Source of the DNA: Candidatus Multivoradales bacterium
GTDB taxonomy: Bacteria > Acidobacteriota > Thermoanaerobaculia > Multivoradales > J023
DNA: 64,000 nucleotides
Assembly: GCA_965248925.1 (NCBI GenBank)
Contig: CBDFLE010000006.1
Coordinates: 2,592,001-2,656,000, forward strand
Direction: 5' to 3'
Below are positions 28,033 through 38,061 of this stretch, piece by piece. The position numbers and the translations under genes were made by a program. Position 1 is the first letter of the stretch; each line of letters starts with the position of its first letter. The notes under the pieces were generated by a model that made no database searches, was not told the DNA's origin, and saw only the letters and a list, made by a program, of their open reading frames with translations.

Positions 28033-29043
28033 TCAAAACTTCGAAGCGGCCCGCTCGCGGGCGGGCAAGATCTCGAGGCAAGTGGTCCACCAACCGGACT
28101 GAATGGTGGCGACAAACTCCTCGGGTAGTTGCTCGCGGCGCATTTCCTCTACCAATGCCTGGTGATCGTAAGCCAGCGGCAGCAATTCGACATCGAGACT
28201 GCCGTCCTCGCCGGCACCGATCATTGAGTACCAAACCGACATCTTGCCATCGTTGGCCGGCCGACCGATCACCCCGACGTTGACCGCGTCGCGCCCCGAC
28301 GGTAGCCGCCGATGCCACTGTAGACCACTGTGAGTACAGAGCAAACCATCGGCGTCTTGCTGGTCGAGGAGCACCTCGAGAAATGCCTCGGGAGATGACG
28401 ACTCGAAGAGAAACTCGTTGATTCGCCGCGGTGAGCCGTGAATCAGCAGCAGCTCGCGCTGTCCGATTCGCAACCGACGACGCAGCGGAAGGTCGCCCAT
28501 CCAGTCGCGGAAAGCCGCCGAGCAATGCTCCGCGGTGTAACGGTAGGACAGCGCCGCGAAGTGGTTGTCGCGCGGATCGGCGTAGCCACAATTGCAATCC
28601 TCGCGCTGGGATGACAGCGATTCCTCGTAGTTACCCTGGATGGAGAGCACGCCCCCTTGTTCTAGTAGCGGCCAGACTAGCTCTGGGCTGGGTCCAAAAC
28701 CTCCGAGATCACCGAGACAGTAGACCGCCTCGGCGCCGCGCTGGCGAGCGTCGGCGAGTAAAGCTTCGAGGGCGAAACGATTGTTGTAGATACCACCGAA
28801 AACCGCCACCCGGCGGTAGGGGCCCTCGACCGGCGTGGGATCGACTCTGGGTGCTAGGTATTCGCCGACGGCAGCCTGCCGCGCAGCTTCGTCCAACAAC
28901 CTGCCGGTAGAGGCGGCGGCGCGGCGAAATTCGCCCAGCGGCACCAACCGCTGACCCCATGTCGCCAGTCCCCGGTGGGCGGTGAGTTTGGCGCTCAGGC
29001 GCTCTTTCCTACGCTGCTGGTCTTCGACAATCCGCTGGCTCAT
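28033..29043 (-). CDS. Metallophosphoesterase-fold protein with degenerate metal ligands
   Basis: CLGDLGGFGP, IQGNYE, LIHGSP and NVGVIGRP. The first motif is GGIYNN instead of DxHxN. Confidence 0.8.
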   Translation of the reverse strand: MSQRIVEDQQRRKERLSAKLTAHRGLATWGQRLVPLGEFRRAAASTGRLLDEAARQAAVGEYLAPRVDPTPVEGPYRRVAVFGGIYNNRFALEALLADARQRGAEAVYCLGDLGGFGPSPELVWPLLEQGGVLSIQGNYEESLSSQREDCNCGYADPRDNHFAALSYRYTAEHCSAAFRDWMGDLPLRRRLRIGQRELLLIHGSPRRINEFLFESSSPEAFLEVLLDQQDADGLLCTHSGLQWHRRLPSGRDAVNVGVIGRPANDGKMSVWYSMIGAGEDGSLDVELLPLAYDHQALVEEMRREQLPEEFVATIQSGWWTTCLEILPARERAASKF

Positions 29044-29096
29044 CTAGAAGCTGCCTCTCAGGTTCGTCGCTGCCATGGGTGGGTTCCTGAGCGGCC

Positions 29097-29984
29097 TCAT
29101 GTGCGACAGCTGACACCGTGCACATGGCAGGTCCAGCAGGCCGGGTGGCCGAGCGGGAAACTATCCAAGGTGTCGGCCAGACGCTCTCCCATGCGGCCTT
29201 CGGCTTCGTTGACCAGGATCGGGCAGACCCAGACTCCCTGGTCGGTGACCATGCGACAGGAACTGCACTGCAGATGATCCCAACCGTCCTCGGGAGTGTC
29301 GTTCGAAGTCAGCCGTTGCCAACTCTCATAGGCTTGGCTCCGCTCGGCCTCGGCACCGATCTGGAAAACCGGCAAGATCTTCAGCCGCGGCCGTTCGACG
29401 CCTTTCTGGCGCAGTAAGTCGAGAAAGAGGGTACGGCCCGGCGCCGAAGCATTCTCTTCGTAGACTTCGGTAATCGTCACCACCGGGTTGAGCCCCGCCC
29501 GCAGCAGACGCTGCAAGCCGCCCAGGGCGCGCTCGAAAGTCCCTGGGCCACGAATGGCGTCGTTGGCTGCGGCGTCATAGCCATCGAGTGAGATGCGCAT
29601 GTCGAGGGAATAATTGGAAGTAGCGGCCAACCCGGCCAAGCGCGCGCAACGGGGCGCATCGAGCAGCAAACCGTTGGTCAACACGGTCGCTGGACCCTGT
29701 TGCAGGGTGGCTTCTAAAATAGCTTCCATGTCGGGATTGAGAAACGGCTCGCCGCCGGTGAAGTAGTACTCCTTAACACCGACCCGCAGGGCCTCACGCA
29801 AATAGCCTGCGACTTGATCGAGGCTCATATGCTCGTGGGTGTGATTGGTCGGCGAGCAAGAGATGAAGCAGTGGCCACAAGCCAGATTGCAGATAGTTCC
29901 GGCGACCTGGAACCACAGGGTGTCGAGCGAGCGTAGCTCTACGCGCGGTGTCTCGCTGGTGGGGGGCAGATGTAAATCACTCAA
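29097..29984 (-). CDS. Radical SAM protein
   Basis: CNLACGHC, FTGGEPF and VLTNG. Cys-rich C-terminus (CSSC, CP, CWTC, C). Confidence 0.9.
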   Translation of the reverse strand: MSDLHLPPTSETPRVELRSLDTLWFQVAGTICNLACGHCFISCSPTNHTHEHMSLDQVAGYLREALRVGVKEYYFTGGEPFLNPDMEAILEATLQQGPATVLTNGLLLDAPRCARLAGLAATSNYSLDMRISLDGYDAAANDAIRGPGTFERALGGLQRLLRAGLNPVVTITEVYEENASAPGRTLFLDLLRQKGVERPRLKILPVFQIGAEAERSQAYESWQRLTSNDTPEDGWDHLQCSSCRMVTDQGVWVCPILVNEAEGRMGERLADTLDSFPLGHPACWTCHVHGVSCRT

Positions 29985-30150
29985 TTCGGATCAGCTCCTG
30001 AGCAGCGAGGTTGGCCGCGAGCCGTGCATCCGGCAGGCGGCGCGAAGCCGAAGGGAGCCAGTCACGGCATCCCACAGAGCCTCCCTTGAGTCTCCGCGCG
30101 GTAACTACCGCTTGGATGGCTCGCGGGCAGCCAACAAGTATCTTCCCACA

Positions 30151-30918
30151 TCACTCGGCTCGCCCCGGGTCGATCGAGAACACCATCTGAACCGCACCGA
30201 AGCTGATTTCGTCACCCGACTGAATCGGCTGAGGTTGGTCCGGGTCGAGGCGGCGCCCGTTGACGAACGTGCCGTTGGTGGCCCGCTCTCCAACAATCGA
30301 GAACTGACCCTCTTGGCTCAGAATTCGCGCATGGCGGCGACTGGTGGATACCTGCGGATCGATAGCGGTGAGATCGATGTCCGGTAGCAGGCCCTGGGTC
30401 GGGTCGAGGCGGCCAACCAGGGCGGTCGGTCTATCCGGCAAGATAAAAACGGCACCGCTATCTCCCCGGTGGGTGAGCTGGCCGTAACCTGGCCGGTTCA
30501 GCTTCTCCTCGGGCTGTGTCTGGCAGTAGGAAGCGAGCAGCCTCTCTTCAGCTTGCGACAATCTGCCGGCAAGCTTGCGGATCATTCGAATCGCGATTTC
30601 CGGATTGCGCCGCAGCATGTGTTGGAACAATCGGCGGTCGATCTTCACTAGCCGAACGGCGCTCAAGGTGCGAATCGAGTAGTTGCGAGAGGCTTCGTCG
30701 AACAACGACATCTCGCCGAAGAAATCGCCCTTCTCCAGCACCGCCGAGCGCGCGAGTTGGTCGCCGATACCCTGCAACAACTCGACTTGACCCTCTTGAA
30801 TCAAGTACATGCTGGCGCCTTTATCGCCTTGCTCGAAAATCGTCTCGCCAGCCGGGAGCGTCATCGTCGGATAGGTCACGGCGCCCGGATCGGGCTCTGC
30901 GGGCATTTGCTGGCTCAT
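30151..30918 (-). CDS. cNMP-binding plus FHA domain signalling protein
   Basis: IFEQGD...GDFFGEMSL...R (cNMP domain) and VGR...SRRHA...TNGTFVNG (FHA domain). Confidence 0.88.
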   Translation of the reverse strand: MSQQMPAEPDPGAVTYPTMTLPAGETIFEQGDKGASMYLIQEGQVELLQGIGDQLARSAVLEKGDFFGEMSLFDEASRNYSIRTLSAVRLVKIDRRLFQHMLRRNPEIAIRMIRKLAGRLSQAEERLLASYCQTQPEEKLNRPGYGQLTHRGDSGAVFILPDRPTALVGRLDPTQGLLPDIDLTAIDPQVSTSRRHARILSQEGQFSIVGERATNGTFVNGRRLDPDQPQPIQSGDEISFGAVQMVFSIDPGRAE

Positions 30919-30982
30919 CGGGAGAGGCTCACTCGGAAGAGGAGTAATCTGCCGCGCTAGCCTAGCAGAATGGGAGTCCGGC

Positions 30983-31693
30983 TCAGTCCCTCTCTGCTGC
31001 GCCGCGGAGCGCGCCGGTCGGATCGTCAAGGAAAGTCTCTATCGCCTGCTGGACGTCGCTGCGGTTCATCAGGAAGGTGTGAATGCCGGGGACCTCCAGA
31101 GTGGGCACACCCTCGAGATGGGTTTCCTCGACCCGCACCACCGCATCGTTGGGCTGGCCCTCGAAGGGAAGCCAGGGGGAGCGCGGCCCTTGGGTGCCGG
31201 CGATGATCAGGGACGGTACCTGGGGCACCGGCAGCCGAGCATAGAATTCTTCATCGCCTATCTTCTGACCTGCGTCGCGGGTGGCGAGGCGAAACACCGG
31301 GTTGTCGCGCAGCATTCGAGCCATCACCGACGGCCGGTTGGGCGGCGCCAACATGATGAAACGGCGAAATCCAACCGGTAGCAGCGGACTGGCCAGGCGG
31401 GTAATGATATTGCCTAGCGAGTGGCCGACCACGGCGTATGATGCTTTGGCTTCGGACTCGCTCGCGAATTCGCCCGCCGCCAATTCGCGCCGCGTCTCCT
31501 CGCTATCCTGTTCGACAACTTCCCGTACATGGCTGACAAAGCTATTGGCAATGGTCTGTAGATCAGCCAGCGCCACCATGTAGTCGAAGCGGCTGGGGCG
31601 GTAACCGCTAGCCGCCAGACGACGCTGAAGAAGCAGCATCGAGGCCGAGGTTCGGCCCATTCCATGGATCAGGAAAACCCGCATCGGCTTCAC
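30983..31693 (-). CDS. Alpha/beta hydrolase (lipase-like)
   Basis: LIHGMGR, GHSLG nucleophile elbow, NDAVV and HTFLM. Confidence 0.85.
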   Translation of the reverse strand: MKPMRVFLIHGMGRTSASMLLLQRRLAASGYRPSRFDYMVALADLQTIANSFVSHVREVVEQDSEETRRELAAGEFASESEAKASYAVVGHSLGNIITRLASPLLPVGFRRFIMLAPPNRPSVMARMLRDNPVFRLATRDAGQKIGDEEFYARLPVPQVPSLIIAGTQGPRSPWLPFEGQPNDAVVRVEETHLEGVPTLEVPGIHTFLMNRSDVQQAIETFLDDPTGALRGAAERD

Positions 31694-32877
31694 GGGGTAC
31701 CGGCGTCGGATCTCTCGGCAGCGGGCAACCAGCTCAGGGCATAGCTCTGGTCTTCCAAGGGCTGCGCTTGGCGAGTCAGCTCCATGGGCCTGAAGGTATC
31801 GACCATCACCGCCAGCTCATCGGTACCCTGCTTGCCGATCGACGCCTCATAGGTGCCCGGATGGGGACCGTGAGGCACGCCATTCGGGTGGACGGTGAAG
31901 GATCCTTCTTCGATCCCCTTGCGAGACATGAATTGACCCTTGACGTAGTACAGCACCTCGTCCGAGTCGACGTTGGAGTGGTTGTAAGGTGCTGGAATCG
32001 CCAGCGGGTGGTAGTCATACAGGCGCGGTACGAACGAGCAGATGACGAATCCGGGTCCGGCGAAGGTCTGATGGATGGGCGGCGGCATATGCACCCGGCC
32101 GGTAATCGGCTCGAAATCCTCGATGTTGAAAGCGTAAGGCCACAGATGCCCGTCCCAGCCCACTACGTCGAGGGGATGGCGACCATAGAAGAAGCGTGAG
32201 ATCTGCCCGCGGGCCTTGACCCGCACCTCAAAATCTCCCTTTTCGTCGTGAGTGCAGAGCTTGTCGGGCGGTCTGATATCGCGCTCACAAAACGGCGAGT
32301 GCTCGAGGAACTGGCCATAGTTGTTCAAGTAGCGCTTGGGCGGTATGACGTGGCCAAATGCTTCGATGACCAGCAGTCGCTGCGCGACCCCGGAGTCGGG
32401 AATCAACCGCCACATCACACCGGTGGGAATCACCAAGTAGTCACCCGGTCGATAGCGCAGTTCGCCGAACTGGCTCTCCAAGATGCCCTCACCTTCATGA
32501 ACGAAAAGCACCTCGTCGCCATGGGCGAAGCGATACCAATAGTCCATCGCTTCGGTGGGCCTGACCAGCGACAGCACCACATCGCTATTGCCCATCAATG
32601 CGACCCGGCCCTCGATGGCATCACCCCCCGCCGCGACCGCCGCAGAACGCAAGTGGCGCGGGCGCAGCCTGTCGCGCTCCTCATAGTCCAAATCGGCATG
32701 GCGCAGCACCTCGACCCGATGCACTTCGGTGGGCGGATGGAGGTGGTAGAGGATCGACTGGATGCCGTCGAAACCATGGATGCCCATCAGCTCTTCATGA
32801 TGCAAAGAGCCGTCTGTCTTGCGGAATTGCGTATGGCGCTTGTGGGGTATCTGGCCCAGCTTGTAATAGTAGGTCAT
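31690..32877 (-). CDS. hmgA: Homogentisate 1,2-dioxygenase
   Basis: HSPFCERD, HPLDVVGWDG, GRVHMPPPIHQTF, PYNHSNVDSDE and HGPHPG. Confidence 0.95.
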   Translation of the reverse strand: MTYYYKLGQIPHKRHTQFRKTDGSLHHEELMGIHGFDGIQSILYHLHPPTEVHRVEVLRHADLDYEERDRLRPRHLRSAAVAAGGDAIEGRVALMGNSDVVLSLVRPTEAMDYWYRFAHGDEVLFVHEGEGILESQFGELRYRPGDYLVIPTGVMWRLIPDSGVAQRLLVIEAFGHVIPPKRYLNNYGQFLEHSPFCERDIRPPDKLCTHDEKGDFEVRVKARGQISRFFYGRHPLDVVGWDGHLWPYAFNIEDFEPITGRVHMPPPIHQTFAGPGFVICSFVPRLYDYHPLAIPAPYNHSNVDSDEVLYYVKGQFMSRKGIEEGSFTVHPNGVPHGPHPGTYEASIGKQGTDELAVMVDTFRPMELTRQAQPLEDQSYALSWLPAAERSDAGTP

Positions 32878-32906
32878 GGTCTGCCTCGTAGTTTCGGCGT
32901 CATCCG

Positions 32907-34004
32907 CTACAGGTTTCCGCGCACTTCCTGCTCGCGCTCGATGGCTTCGAAAAGAGCCTTGAAATTGCCCTCGCCGAAACCTCGGCTGCCCTTGCGCTGG
33001 ATGATTTCGAAGAACAGGGTCGGCCGGTTGACCACCGGCTTGGTGAACAACTGCAGGAGGTAACCCTCGTCGTCTCGGTCGGCGAGGATGCCCAGCGGTC
33101 GTAGTGAGTCGTAGGATTCGTCGATTTCGCCGATACGATCTGGCAGCTCGTCGTAGTAGGAATCTGGCACGGTCAAGAAATCGACTCCCTGCTGGCGCAG
33201 GTGATTTACCGTCTTGACGATGTCGCGGGTCAGCATGGCGATGTGTTGCACCCCCGCGCCACCGTAGAAGTCGAGATACTCCTCGATCTGACTCTTCTTG
33301 CGCCCTTGAGCGGGTTCGTTGATCGGGAATTTGATGGCGTAGGAGCCGTCCGACATGACAATCGACATCAACGCGCTGTACTCGGTGGAGATCTGATCCT
33401 GATCGAATTTGAGCAAACGTCTGAAGCCGAGCACATCGCTGTACCAGTTGGCCCAGGTCTCCATCTTGCCCAACTCGACATTGCCCACCACATGATCGAA
33501 ACGCAGCAAGCCAGCGTCAGGGGCGGCAATCGGCCACGCTTCGAAGCCGGGCATGAACGGGCCGTCGTAGCCGTGGTGGGAAATGAAGGAATGCACGGTC
33601 TCGCCATAGGTCTTGACCGACGCCGTCTTGACCTGGCCATGGGAGTCTTCGACCACCTGTGGCTCGGTCGCCGCCTCGGCTCCCCGCCCGACGGCAGCGG
33701 CGAAGGCATCTTCAGCGTCGTCGACCAGGAAGGCGATGTCTTTGACCCCGTCGCCGTGACGCCTGACGTGGTCGTTGATCTCCGAATCAGGATCCATCGA
33801 GGAGGTCAGCAGCAACCGCGCCTGGCCTTGCTCGAGGGCATGGGTGGTGCGCTGACGATTGCCGGTTTCCAGCCCACAGTAGGCGAATTGCGAGAAGCCA
33901 AACGCATTACGGTAGAAATAGGACGCTTGTGAGGCCTCGCCGACCCACATTTCTATATGGTGGATTCGGCGAAGTCTTGGCGGTTTTTGCTCCATCTTCT
34001 GCAA
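32907..34004 (-). CDS. hppD: 4-hydroxyphenylpyruvate dioxygenase
   Basis: [31 protein letters not shown] and [23 protein letters not shown]. Confidence 0.96.
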   Translation of the reverse strand: MQKMEQKPPRLRRIHHIEMWVGEASQASYFYRNAFGFSQFAYCGLETGNRQRTTHALEQGQARLLLTSSMDPDSEINDHVRRHGDGVKDIAFLVDDAEDAFAAAVGRGAEAATEPQVVEDSHGQVKTASVKTYGETVHSFISHHGYDGPFMPGFEAWPIAAPDAGLLRFDHVVGNVELGKMETWANWYSDVLGFRRLLKFDQDQISTEYSALMSIVMSDGSYAIKFPINEPAQGRKKSQIEEYLDFYGGAGVQHIAMLTRDIVKTVNHLRQQGVDFLTVPDSYYDELPDRIGEIDESYDSLRPLGILADRDDEGYLLQLFTKPVVNRPTLFFEIIQRKGSRGFGEGNFKALFEAIEREQEVRGNL

Positions 34005-34153
34005 CCTCTCAACGACTCTGTCAGGCCCGCAAGGGACCGGATGATTGCCATGTATCCATGCAAGCTATCACGCCCCTCGGCAGATCGTCACCACCCCGCC
34101 GGGGGGCTAAAGGGCGGTGCAACTTAAGCGATGCGAACTAACTAAGCAGGGGT

Positions 34154-36406
34154 CTAAGCTGGCGCGACGGCCGCGGGTGGAGGCCGGCGATTGGCTGAGA
34201 AACAGTAGACCACCGCGGAGCCTAACCGCTGTGACCGGCCCGGTCCGAGTTGCACCATTTCGCCCTGCTGGCCGAGCACTTTCTCGGCTGGCCAGGGAAG
34301 CTCTACCGCGAGTTCTTGGTCGACACTCCAAGCCACCGCTACTTCACCTCCAGCGGCAGCAGCAAAGAGCAGCAAGTAGCTGCGCGGCGGCGACTCCAAT
34401 CGGCGCAAGAATGTGCTGCCGGCAAGCTGCCGCTCAAGAGTCGCCAGAGCGGCGAAGGCGGGGCGGCGGCGGCCAGGAGCCCCTTTCTCCGCTACCGCGA
34501 TCAAACCGTACCCCTGGGCCACCAACTGCCACCAGTAGACGCGCTCGGCACAGCCACTGGTGAGCGCTAGCAAGTAGTAGCGCACCAGATAATCGGCCTG
34601 GGCCGATTCATCGACCGCAACCTCGCGACCCGCTGGCGAGTGCGGCCCCTCCCGCAGCGGCCAGTTGACCTCGGTGACCCACGAACGGCCGGCACAGCCT
34701 CTAGCGGTGTCGGCAATCGCTTGCGCCAAAACCAATTTGTCCACCGTGTCGAAGCCCAGTTGCGAGTTCTCAGGCGCCCCCCGCCGATCGACGTAGAGCA
34801 GGCTGGCCAGGGCATCGAAGGGGGGCATGGTGGTCTTGGTATTAACCAGCGCCGCGGTGATGTGGAGTTCGAAATCGATCACCGCCGGTCCGGCAAGTTC
34901 GACCCCTGGATGCAGCCGCAGCACTTCCGAGGCTTGTTCCGCCAAATGCAGATACTCGCCATAACGCCACACCCCCCACTTGCTGCGATTGGGCGCCTGA
35001 CCGATCTGGAAGCTGCGGCCAAGGGGCACGAACAGCTCAGCCAGCTGCTCGATCTGCGCTCGCCAGCGTGCCGGGTCTCGCGCCAAGTCGCGATTTTGCG
35101 GCAGGGAGAAGGTCAGCTCGTGACCGCGGCGATGCAGTTCGGTCGCTAGCTCGAACTCGGCCTGATGATCGTCATCCCACGGGTGGAGGCGTAGCAGAAT
35201 GTGGTGGACCCCGAGATCCTCTACCGCCTGCAAGAGCTGATCCTCAGCCCCTGGCGCCGGCCGCAGTCCGATTCCAGCCCCTTTGAAGAGCAGGGGTTGA
35301 CGGTAGAGCCCGGCCTGGAGCTGACGGTAGCGACGCCAGATTCGCGGTGCCGCGGTGCTCAGCGAAGCGGCAAAACCGAGATGGCTGCGTAGATCAGCAA
35401 TCCGGATAGTGAGCTTCTCCAACCGACCAGCATGCTGATGGGGTTGATCCGAGAAACGGTCCCAAACCGCCTTGTCGCGACTTCCAGCGGCCGCAGGCGC
35501 GGCGGGCATCTGGCCATGGGGCGGCCGCCGCGGGGTCAAGCCATCGCGCAGTGTTCGCAGACGGCCGCGAAACGCTTTCTTGGAACGTATCTTCCAACGG
35601 AAACTACGGTGGAACCACTGATAGAGAAACCAGCGCCGGCCAGCAACCCCAGCCTCACCCCAGTAGGCGTCGAGAAACACCTGCTGATCTTGGTGCCGGA
35701 AGATCTCCAACCGGCAAAGATCTCGGCTGCGGGTCAGCACCCCCAGACGCTCGCGACGACGGGCTCGGTTGAGGTCTACGAGGTAGATCTTCGACAAATC
35801 CAACTTGCCGTCGGCGATCGGCGTCAGCACGTTGCCGATCGACAGATCGCGGTGGAACAGGCCCCGGTCATGCATTCCCCTGGCGGCACGCCCGAGAGCT
35901 TGCAGGTAAGCAACAAAGTCGACCCGAGGAAAGTCCTCCGCCTCGCTACCAGCATTGCGGGACAGCAAGAGGTGGCGCGCCTCGACGGTTATGCCGAGAT
36001 CACGGGTTATGAAGAAGGACGGTCCATCCGGGCGCCGGCTCTCGGCCAACATCAGGGGCTCGGCAGTGGCAATGCCAGCCGCGGCAAAGGCCAGCGCCAT
36101 GCGCCAGCTGCGGCGCGCCTTGTCTTCGCCACGCCGCCGCCGCCAGCGCTCGCGCAAGCCGGTGTTGGGGAATTGCTTGACCACTACCGCCAGCGTGCCA
36201 CCAGGGGTCTGCAAATTGGCGCGGTAGAGGTAGTTGCGACCCCAATGCACGGTTTCGCCAGCGGCCTGCGGGTCGGTCAGGCGCGCCAGCTCCGCCGCCA
36301 AGTCGACCGGGCGATGGCTGCTGACTAGCTCGCCGACCAGATCTGTCAGCTGAAAGGGTTCGACGGGTAGCTCATTGGCTGGGGTCGAGTCGGCTTGCGC
36401 GATCAC
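34154..36406 (-). CDS. Fusion of a Kdo/WaaP-like sugar kinase and a clan GH-A-like glycoside hydrolase domain
   Basis: N-terminal VVVKQF, FHRDLSIGN and LVDLNR. C-terminal TIM-barrel-like IGQAPN, WVTEVNW, QADYLVRY and VYWWQL. Confidence 0.75.
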   Translation of the reverse strand: MIAQADSTPANELPVEPFQLTDLVGELVSSHRPVDLAAELARLTDPQAAGETVHWGRNYLYRANLQTPGGTLAVVVKQFPNTGLRERWRRRRGEDKARRSWRMALAFAAAGIATAEPLMLAESRRPDGPSFFITRDLGITVEARHLLLSRNAGSEAEDFPRVDFVAYLQALGRAARGMHDRGLFHRDLSIGNVLTPIADGKLDLSKIYLVDLNRARRRERLGVLTRSRDLCRLEIFRHQDQQVFLDAYWGEAGVAGRRWFLYQWFHRSFRWKIRSKKAFRGRLRTLRDGLTPRRPPHGQMPAAPAAAGSRDKAVWDRFSDQPHQHAGRLEKLTIRIADLRSHLGFAASLSTAAPRIWRRYRQLQAGLYRQPLLFKGAGIGLRPAPGAEDQLLQAVEDLGVHHILLRLHPWDDDHQAEFELATELHRRGHELTFSLPQNRDLARDPARWRAQIEQLAELFVPLGRSFQIGQAPNRSKWGVWRYGEYLHLAEQASEVLRLHPGVELAGPAVIDFELHITAALVNTKTTMPPFDALASLLYVDRRGAPENSQLGFDTVDKLVLAQAIADTARGCAGRSWVTEVNWPLREGPHSPAGREVAVDESAQADYLVRYYLLALTSGCAERVYWWQLVAQGYGLIAVAEKGAPGRRRPAFAALATLERQLAGSTFLRRLESPPRSYLLLFAAAAGGEVAVAWSVDQELAVELPWPAEKVLGQQGEMVQLGPGRSQRLGSAVVYCFSANRRPPPAAVAPA

Positions 36407-37980
36407 TGCTGGCCGCTCCGCGTCACCTCGACTTCGAATTTCTGGTGGTGAATCCGGTGCTCGCTCTCGAGCTCTATCTCGGTGCCGAGTTCGATCTCGA
36501 CCTCTTGCAGAACCGCCTGCATCGAGGTACGCAGCACCTGCGCCAAATCGGGATGGACCCGGACCGTAATGCTGTCGATCGGTCGGCTTCCCCGCCGTTC
36601 AAGCAGATAGTTGCGCAATTGCAGACACACCGTGGTCAAAGAACGGATACGCCCCGAGCCCGCACAGTGCGGACACCCCTGGGTCATGATTCGTTCCAGA
36701 CTCGGCCGACTGCGCTTGCGGGTGATTTCCACCAGACCGAACTCGGAGATTTGCAGCGCCTTGTTCTTGACTTGATCTTTGGCCAGTTCTTCGAGCAGGG
36801 CTTGGAAAACCTGCTCGCCATGCTCCGGCTCGGACATGTCGATCAGATCGATGACGATGATGCCACCCAGGTTGCGCAGCCGCAGTTGCCGGGCAATCTC
36901 GCGCACCGCCTCCAAATTGGTGGTCAGGACGGTGTCTTCGAGGTTGATGCGCCCCACATAGCGGCCGGTGTTGATGTCGATCGCCACCAATGCTTCGGTC
37001 TGGTGGATAACGATATGTCCGCCTGATTTCAACCACACTTTGCTGCGCAAGGCAGCGGCGATCTCGTCTTCGACACCGAAATTCTGCAACAGATGCTCGT
37101 CGCGGAGCCACGGCTTGACCAAGTCCACCAGGGACGGCTGGACATCGGCAAGAAAGCCACGCACTTCGCGGTATGTGGCATCCCCCTCGATCCACAGCTC
37201 GGCATAGTCGCTGCTCAACAAGTCGCGAACCACCCGGCGTGCCAGGTCCAGGTCCCGATGCAGCAAAGATGGGGGTTCGACCTGCCCAGCGCGCTGCTGG
37301 ATCTTCTGCCACAGCTGGATCAAATATGCGCTGTCGGCAGCCATTTCCTCGGCGCCGCAACCCTCGGTGGCGGTGCGGGCGATCAAACCACCCAGATCTG
37401 GCTGTAGTTCACCGAGGAGCTGCCGCAAGCGCTCGCGTTCGCCTTCGTCCTCGATACGCCGTGAAACGCCCAAATGGCAAACCCCGGGAAGCAACACCAG
37501 ATAGCGCCCCGGCAGGGTGATCTGAGTGCTCACCCGGGCACCTTTGTTGGGCATGGCATCCTTGAGCACCTGCACTACCAGCTCTTGGCCAGGTTTCAAC
37601 AAATGCTCGATCGGCGGCCAGTCGACGGTTTCAGCGCTGCGCCGGCCAGTCTTCTCGACCGCGGTCTCGGCCGGTGGCGGATCTTCCGACGACGGATCCT
37701 CCGGAGGCGGCTCACCGGTCTCTGACTCGGCCGTCCCCTGCACCGCTTGGCGGGCCTCCATCACCTCGCTGACATAGAGGAACGCATCTCGCTCCAAACC
37801 GATGTCGACAAACGCCGCCTGCATCCCTGGCAGCACCCGATTGACCCGGCCACGGTAGATATTGCCCACCACCCCGAGGCGCTGATGGCGCTCAATGTAC
37901 AGCTCGCTGAGCTGACCGTCTTCGAGTATCGCAGTCCGTGTTTGGTACGGATCGCTCTCGATGAGCATTTTCTTCCTCAC
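36403..37980 (-). CDS. rng: Ribonuclease G/E family (Rne/Rng)
   Basis: VGNIYRGRV..VLPGMQAAFVDIG, KGARVS, TEALVAIDINTG, LRNLGGIIVID and CPHCAGSG. Confidence 0.93.
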   Translation of the reverse strand: MRKKMLIESDPYQTRTAILEDGQLSELYIERHQRLGVVGNIYRGRVNRVLPGMQAAFVDIGLERDAFLYVSEVMEARQAVQGTAESETGEPPPEDPSSEDPPPAETAVEKTGRRSAETVDWPPIEHLLKPGQELVVQVLKDAMPNKGARVSTQITLPGRYLVLLPGVCHLGVSRRIEDEGERERLRQLLGELQPDLGGLIARTATEGCGAEEMAADSAYLIQLWQKIQQRAGQVEPPSLLHRDLDLARRVVRDLLSSDYAELWIEGDATYREVRGFLADVQPSLVDLVKPWLRDEHLLQNFGVEDEIAAALRSKVWLKSGGHIVIHQTEALVAIDINTGRYVGRINLEDTVLTTNLEAVREIARQLRLRNLGGIIVIDLIDMSEPEHGEQVFQALLEELAKDQVKNKALQISEFGLVEITRKRSRPSLERIMTQGCPHCAGSGRIRSLTTVCLQLRNYLLERRGSRPIDSITVRVHPDLAQVLRTSMQAVLQEVEIELGTEIELESEHRIHHQKFEVEVTRSGQQ

Positions 37981-38061
37981 CTAGTTCTTTCCTCTTACGC
38001 TAATCATCACATGCTGAGCGCGGCCGCGGCGGAATCTTCGGATCAGGACGGGGAAGAAAGT

